Position numbers and translations under genes: made by a program. Positions 61,454 through 64,000 of a stretch of DNA of 64,000 nucleotides are shown here, piece after piece. Origin of the DNA: Rhodospirillaceae bacterium (GTDB lineage Bacteria > Pseudomonadota > Alphaproteobacteria > MPNO01 > UBA2964); assembly GCA_002720855.1 (NCBI GenBank), contig PBIN01000014.1:393619-457618 (forward strand), given 5' to 3'. Position 1 is the first letter of the stretch, and every line of letters starts with the position of its first letter. Below the pieces are notes generated by a model that was given only the letters and a program-made list of their open reading frames with translations, searched no databases and was not told the DNA's origin.

Positions 61454-63043
61454 ATGACAGTTAGTTTTCGTGACATGGTCGAGAAATTACGCCGGGAAGG
61501 CCATCTCGAAGATATCGGGAAGCCGGTCGATATTCGCCACATCGCCGCCTTGGTCGATAAGTCCGAAAAGGCGCTGGTATTTCACAATGTGATTGACTAT
61601 GCGATGCCGGTTATCTCAGGTGTTGCCAATGCGCGCGAACGTATCGGTGCCGCATTCGATTGTGACTATGCTGAAGTATACAAGCATATTGATGCTGGGC
61701 TTTCGAAACCCATCGAACCTGAAATGATAAATGGTGGCCCGGTCCGTGAGGTCGTACTCACGGGCGGTGACGTCGACTTATTTGAGCTGCCGGTGCCGCT
61801 TTTCTCAATTCATGATGGCGGACCTATGATTACTGCCGGCGTTACGATTGCCAAAACCGCAGATGGGGCCCTCAATGCTGGAATCTATCGGTTCCTTGTT
61901 CGCGAAAAGAACCTGACCGGTATCGACATCGTCACGCCAAATGATATGCAGAGACTTGCGCTCCAAGCTTTTCAGCGCGAGGAAGCATTGCCGATTTCGA
62001 TTAATCTCGGGACGCACTTGGCGATTAATGTCGGTGCTACCTATCGCGCCCCTTTGGGCCAAAGTGAGCTCGCCATCGCGGGTGGTATAGCCGGAGCGCC
62101 GGTACAGTTAACGCCCGGCCAGACCGTCGATGTCCCCTGTATCGCTGATGCGGAAATCGTGCTTGAAGCAGAAATTATGCCAACGGGCTGGACGAAACCT
62201 GAGGGCCGGTTTGGTGAATTTACCCGCCTGATGGGCGGGCTCCATTGGAATCCTCACGTACGTGTAAAAGCGATTTCGATGCGCAAAGACCCATTGTATT
62301 ACGCACTTCACATGCCGTGGGAGGTTATTCTTCCCGGAGCGCCTAATCGCGAAGCGGCCGTACGGCGGGCATTCAAAATGGCTAACCTCGACCTTGTGGA
62401 CGTCAATATCACCCCGGGCGGTTCTTGCTATTTTCATGCCATTGTCTCTATCCGCAAACGGCCAGGAGACGCCAAGCACGCAATTTTGGCGACATTAATC
62501 GCCTCTGATATCAAACATGTCGTCGTGGTTGACGAAGATATTGATGTCTTCAATGGGACAGACGTGGAATGGGCATTGGCGACACGGGTCCAGGCTGATC
62601 GGGACATTGTAACCGTACCGGATTTGCGCGCGAAGCCGTTGGACCCAAGCCTCGATATAACACCCGGCATCACGCCTATTACGACCAAATGTGGCGTAGA
62701 TGCGACGATTCCCGATCATCTTCCAAAAGAACGTTTTGAACGGATCGAGTATGCGTATGCCGATAGTTTGGATTTGTCCGACTATCGGGGGAGCGAAAGC
62801 GAAGCGAGCAAGCCCTCCGACGTTACCGACATTTCGGAATTGGCGGGGGAGGTGAAAGCAGTCTTGGCAAAAGAGCCAATCTACTTTGCTAAGTTATCCG
62901 AAATATTTGAGACGAAAGGCTTTAAAGCGTTGGCCAGAGCGCTTGGCGAACTGCATTCGACGGGTGAATTGTGGCAAGACGCCCAAGGCCGTCTATGCCT
63001 CGCCAATTCGGAATTTGCCGCGGAACCACCACCCTCGATTTAG
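61454..63043 (+). CDS. UbiD family prFMN-dependent (de)carboxylase #2 with C-terminal extension
   Basis: NAGIYR, SEL, EGRFGEF (E-x4-E), VVDEDID, WALATRVQAD, PLDPS, GVDAT, then about 90 extra aa. Confidence 0.9.
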   Translation: MTVSFRDMVEKLRREGHLEDIGKPVDIRHIAALVDKSEKALVFHNVIDYAMPVISGVANARERIGAAFDCDYAEVYKHIDAGLSKPIEPEMINGGPVREVVLTGGDVDLFELPVPLFSIHDGGPMITAGVTIAKTADGALNAGIYRFLVREKNLTGIDIVTPNDMQRLALQAFQREEALPISINLGTHLAINVGATYRAPLGQSELAIAGGIAGAPVQLTPGQTVDVPCIADAEIVLEAEIMPTGWTKPEGRFGEFTRLMGGLHWNPHVRVKAISMRKDPLYYALHMPWEVILPGAPNREAAVRRAFKMANLDLVDVNITPGGSCYFHAIVSIRKRPGDAKHAILATLIASDIKHVVVVDEDIDVFNGTDVEWALATRVQADRDIVTVPDLRAKPLDPSLDITPGITPITTKCGVDATIPDHLPKERFERIEYAYADSLDLSDYRGSESEASKPSDVTDISELAGEVKAVLAKEPIYFAKLSEIFETKGFKALARALGELHSTGELWQDAQGRLCLANSEFAAEPPPSI

Positions 63044-63047
63044 CCTT

Positions 63048-63920
63048 TTAGTTCCCTATTTGCATTTTGAGCCAGTCGCGCAAGGCTTGGATTGCGGCCT
63101 CTCTTGCGGCCGGATTTGAGCCGATGGTCACCCTGCGTTCTTTCTTCTTCTTCCACTTTGCATTGCGGCTTACCCTTGTTTTGATTGGCAGGTTGGGGTG
63201 ATCAAACGCGTGATGGGCTCCTTGATAGGCGATATATTGCGCCGGAAACCCATCCCTCGCTGATCGTTTAATCATACGCATGCAGGGTTTGGGCCATGTC
63301 CAGTTATCGGCCAAACCGACAAAAACCAGAACCGGCGCATAGGGTTTGAATCGTTTCTGGACACGTTTGCGCAATGTGATGCAGCCCGGATAGAAAGCCG
63401 CGACGGCATTGAACCGCTATCCTTCGCCGAAATACTCGGCCTTATTTCGTCTGACGGCTGACAACGCCGCCATCGCTCCATTCGACCATCCCACAAGAGC
63501 TATTTTGTCCTTTTTTACGAAGGGTTGTTTTTTGAGCCAAGCAAGTCCGCCATAGGCGTCAAACGGACGGTCATCAAGCGAATGAATGGGTCGGCTGCGT
63601 TTTGTGCAAATGGTTCGAAATCCGCGAGGGGTGAAGCCGTCGACGACGAGAACAACATAGCCCCACTGGCGAAAACGTCCGACCCAGGCGGCAGAATTGG
63701 TCCGCATTTTACCGGACTTCGTATAAAGCCCTGAACAACCATGCATCATGACAATTGCGGCGTGTCGCGCGCTCGCTGCCGGTCGGAACAGTTCACCGCG
63801 AATTTTCGTTTCTTCGGCATCAAAGCTCCGGAAGTGCACTTCCTTGCCTACCTCTGCTGACGCAGCGGACATCGCTATAAATGAGGCGGCTAAAAGAAAA
63901 ACTGGTAACTTTGTCAGCAT
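63048..63920 (-). pseudogene. Secreted dienelactone-hydrolase-family Ser hydrolase interrupted by an in-frame TAG (63417-63419)
   Basis: Signal peptide, HGCSG, GWSNG; reads on in frame as *RFNAVAAFYPGC...ADNWT...AHHAFD. Confidence 0.85.
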
Positions 63921-64000
63921 CGTATTCCCGTAAGGACTAAAGACAGGTTAGCCGATTGGTGGACTGATCTGTCAAAAAAGAATCTAACTTGCAGTATTTT

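Noticed and set aside
63417..63419. Genome-wide amber recoding or pyrrolysine
   Set aside because: TAG terminates intact genes here (e.g. hisC, hpt, tlpA) and no pyl genes are in the window.
46823..64000. Integrative element at tRNA-Leu
   Set aside because: No integrase, no duplicated tRNA 3' end seen, and no obvious compositional shift.
1..64000. Many 60-240 aa overlapping or antisense ORFs in the track (e.g. 45055-45768, 55409-56080, 6357-6968); CRISPR arrays
   Set aside because: They are shadows of well-supported genes with no recognisable motifs; no repeat-spacer periodicity was seen.

Overview
Chromosomal segment of a free-living alphaproteobacterium (probably Rhodospirillales-like, judged by gene content and synteny). 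I see no phage, IS, integrase, rRNA or CRISPR. The left part (1-34 kb) is mostly conserved core: PAS-GGDEF-EAL, thiolase, gloB, metXW, chorismate mutase-hisC-tyrC, class II ribonucleotide reductase nrdJ, ftsEX-ydcF-plsC, hpt, a CpdR-like regulator, DUF4175, argH-lptM-lysA, tlpA, etfBA-hbd, NUDIX-alkA-esterase and an HNH nuclease. The right part (34-64 kb) is largely accessory catabolic/redox genes around a tRNA-Leu(CAA). The best candidates for undescribed systems are two UbiD (prFMN) decarboxylase modules. The first is divergent from a Mo-hydroxylase (M-S-L) whose active-site loop QYRAVGH is non-CODH, with a perfect 8-1-8 palindrome between them. The second has an extra C-terminal domain and is divergent from VOC, a TcuA-like flavoprotein and AbrB. 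Other signals: a LexA box plus two DnaA boxes at nrdJ, a 21-bp perfect inverted repeat in an AT-rich island, an unannotated 43-aa lipoprotein, and two pseudogenes. All functional calls come from motif recognition, not database searches.
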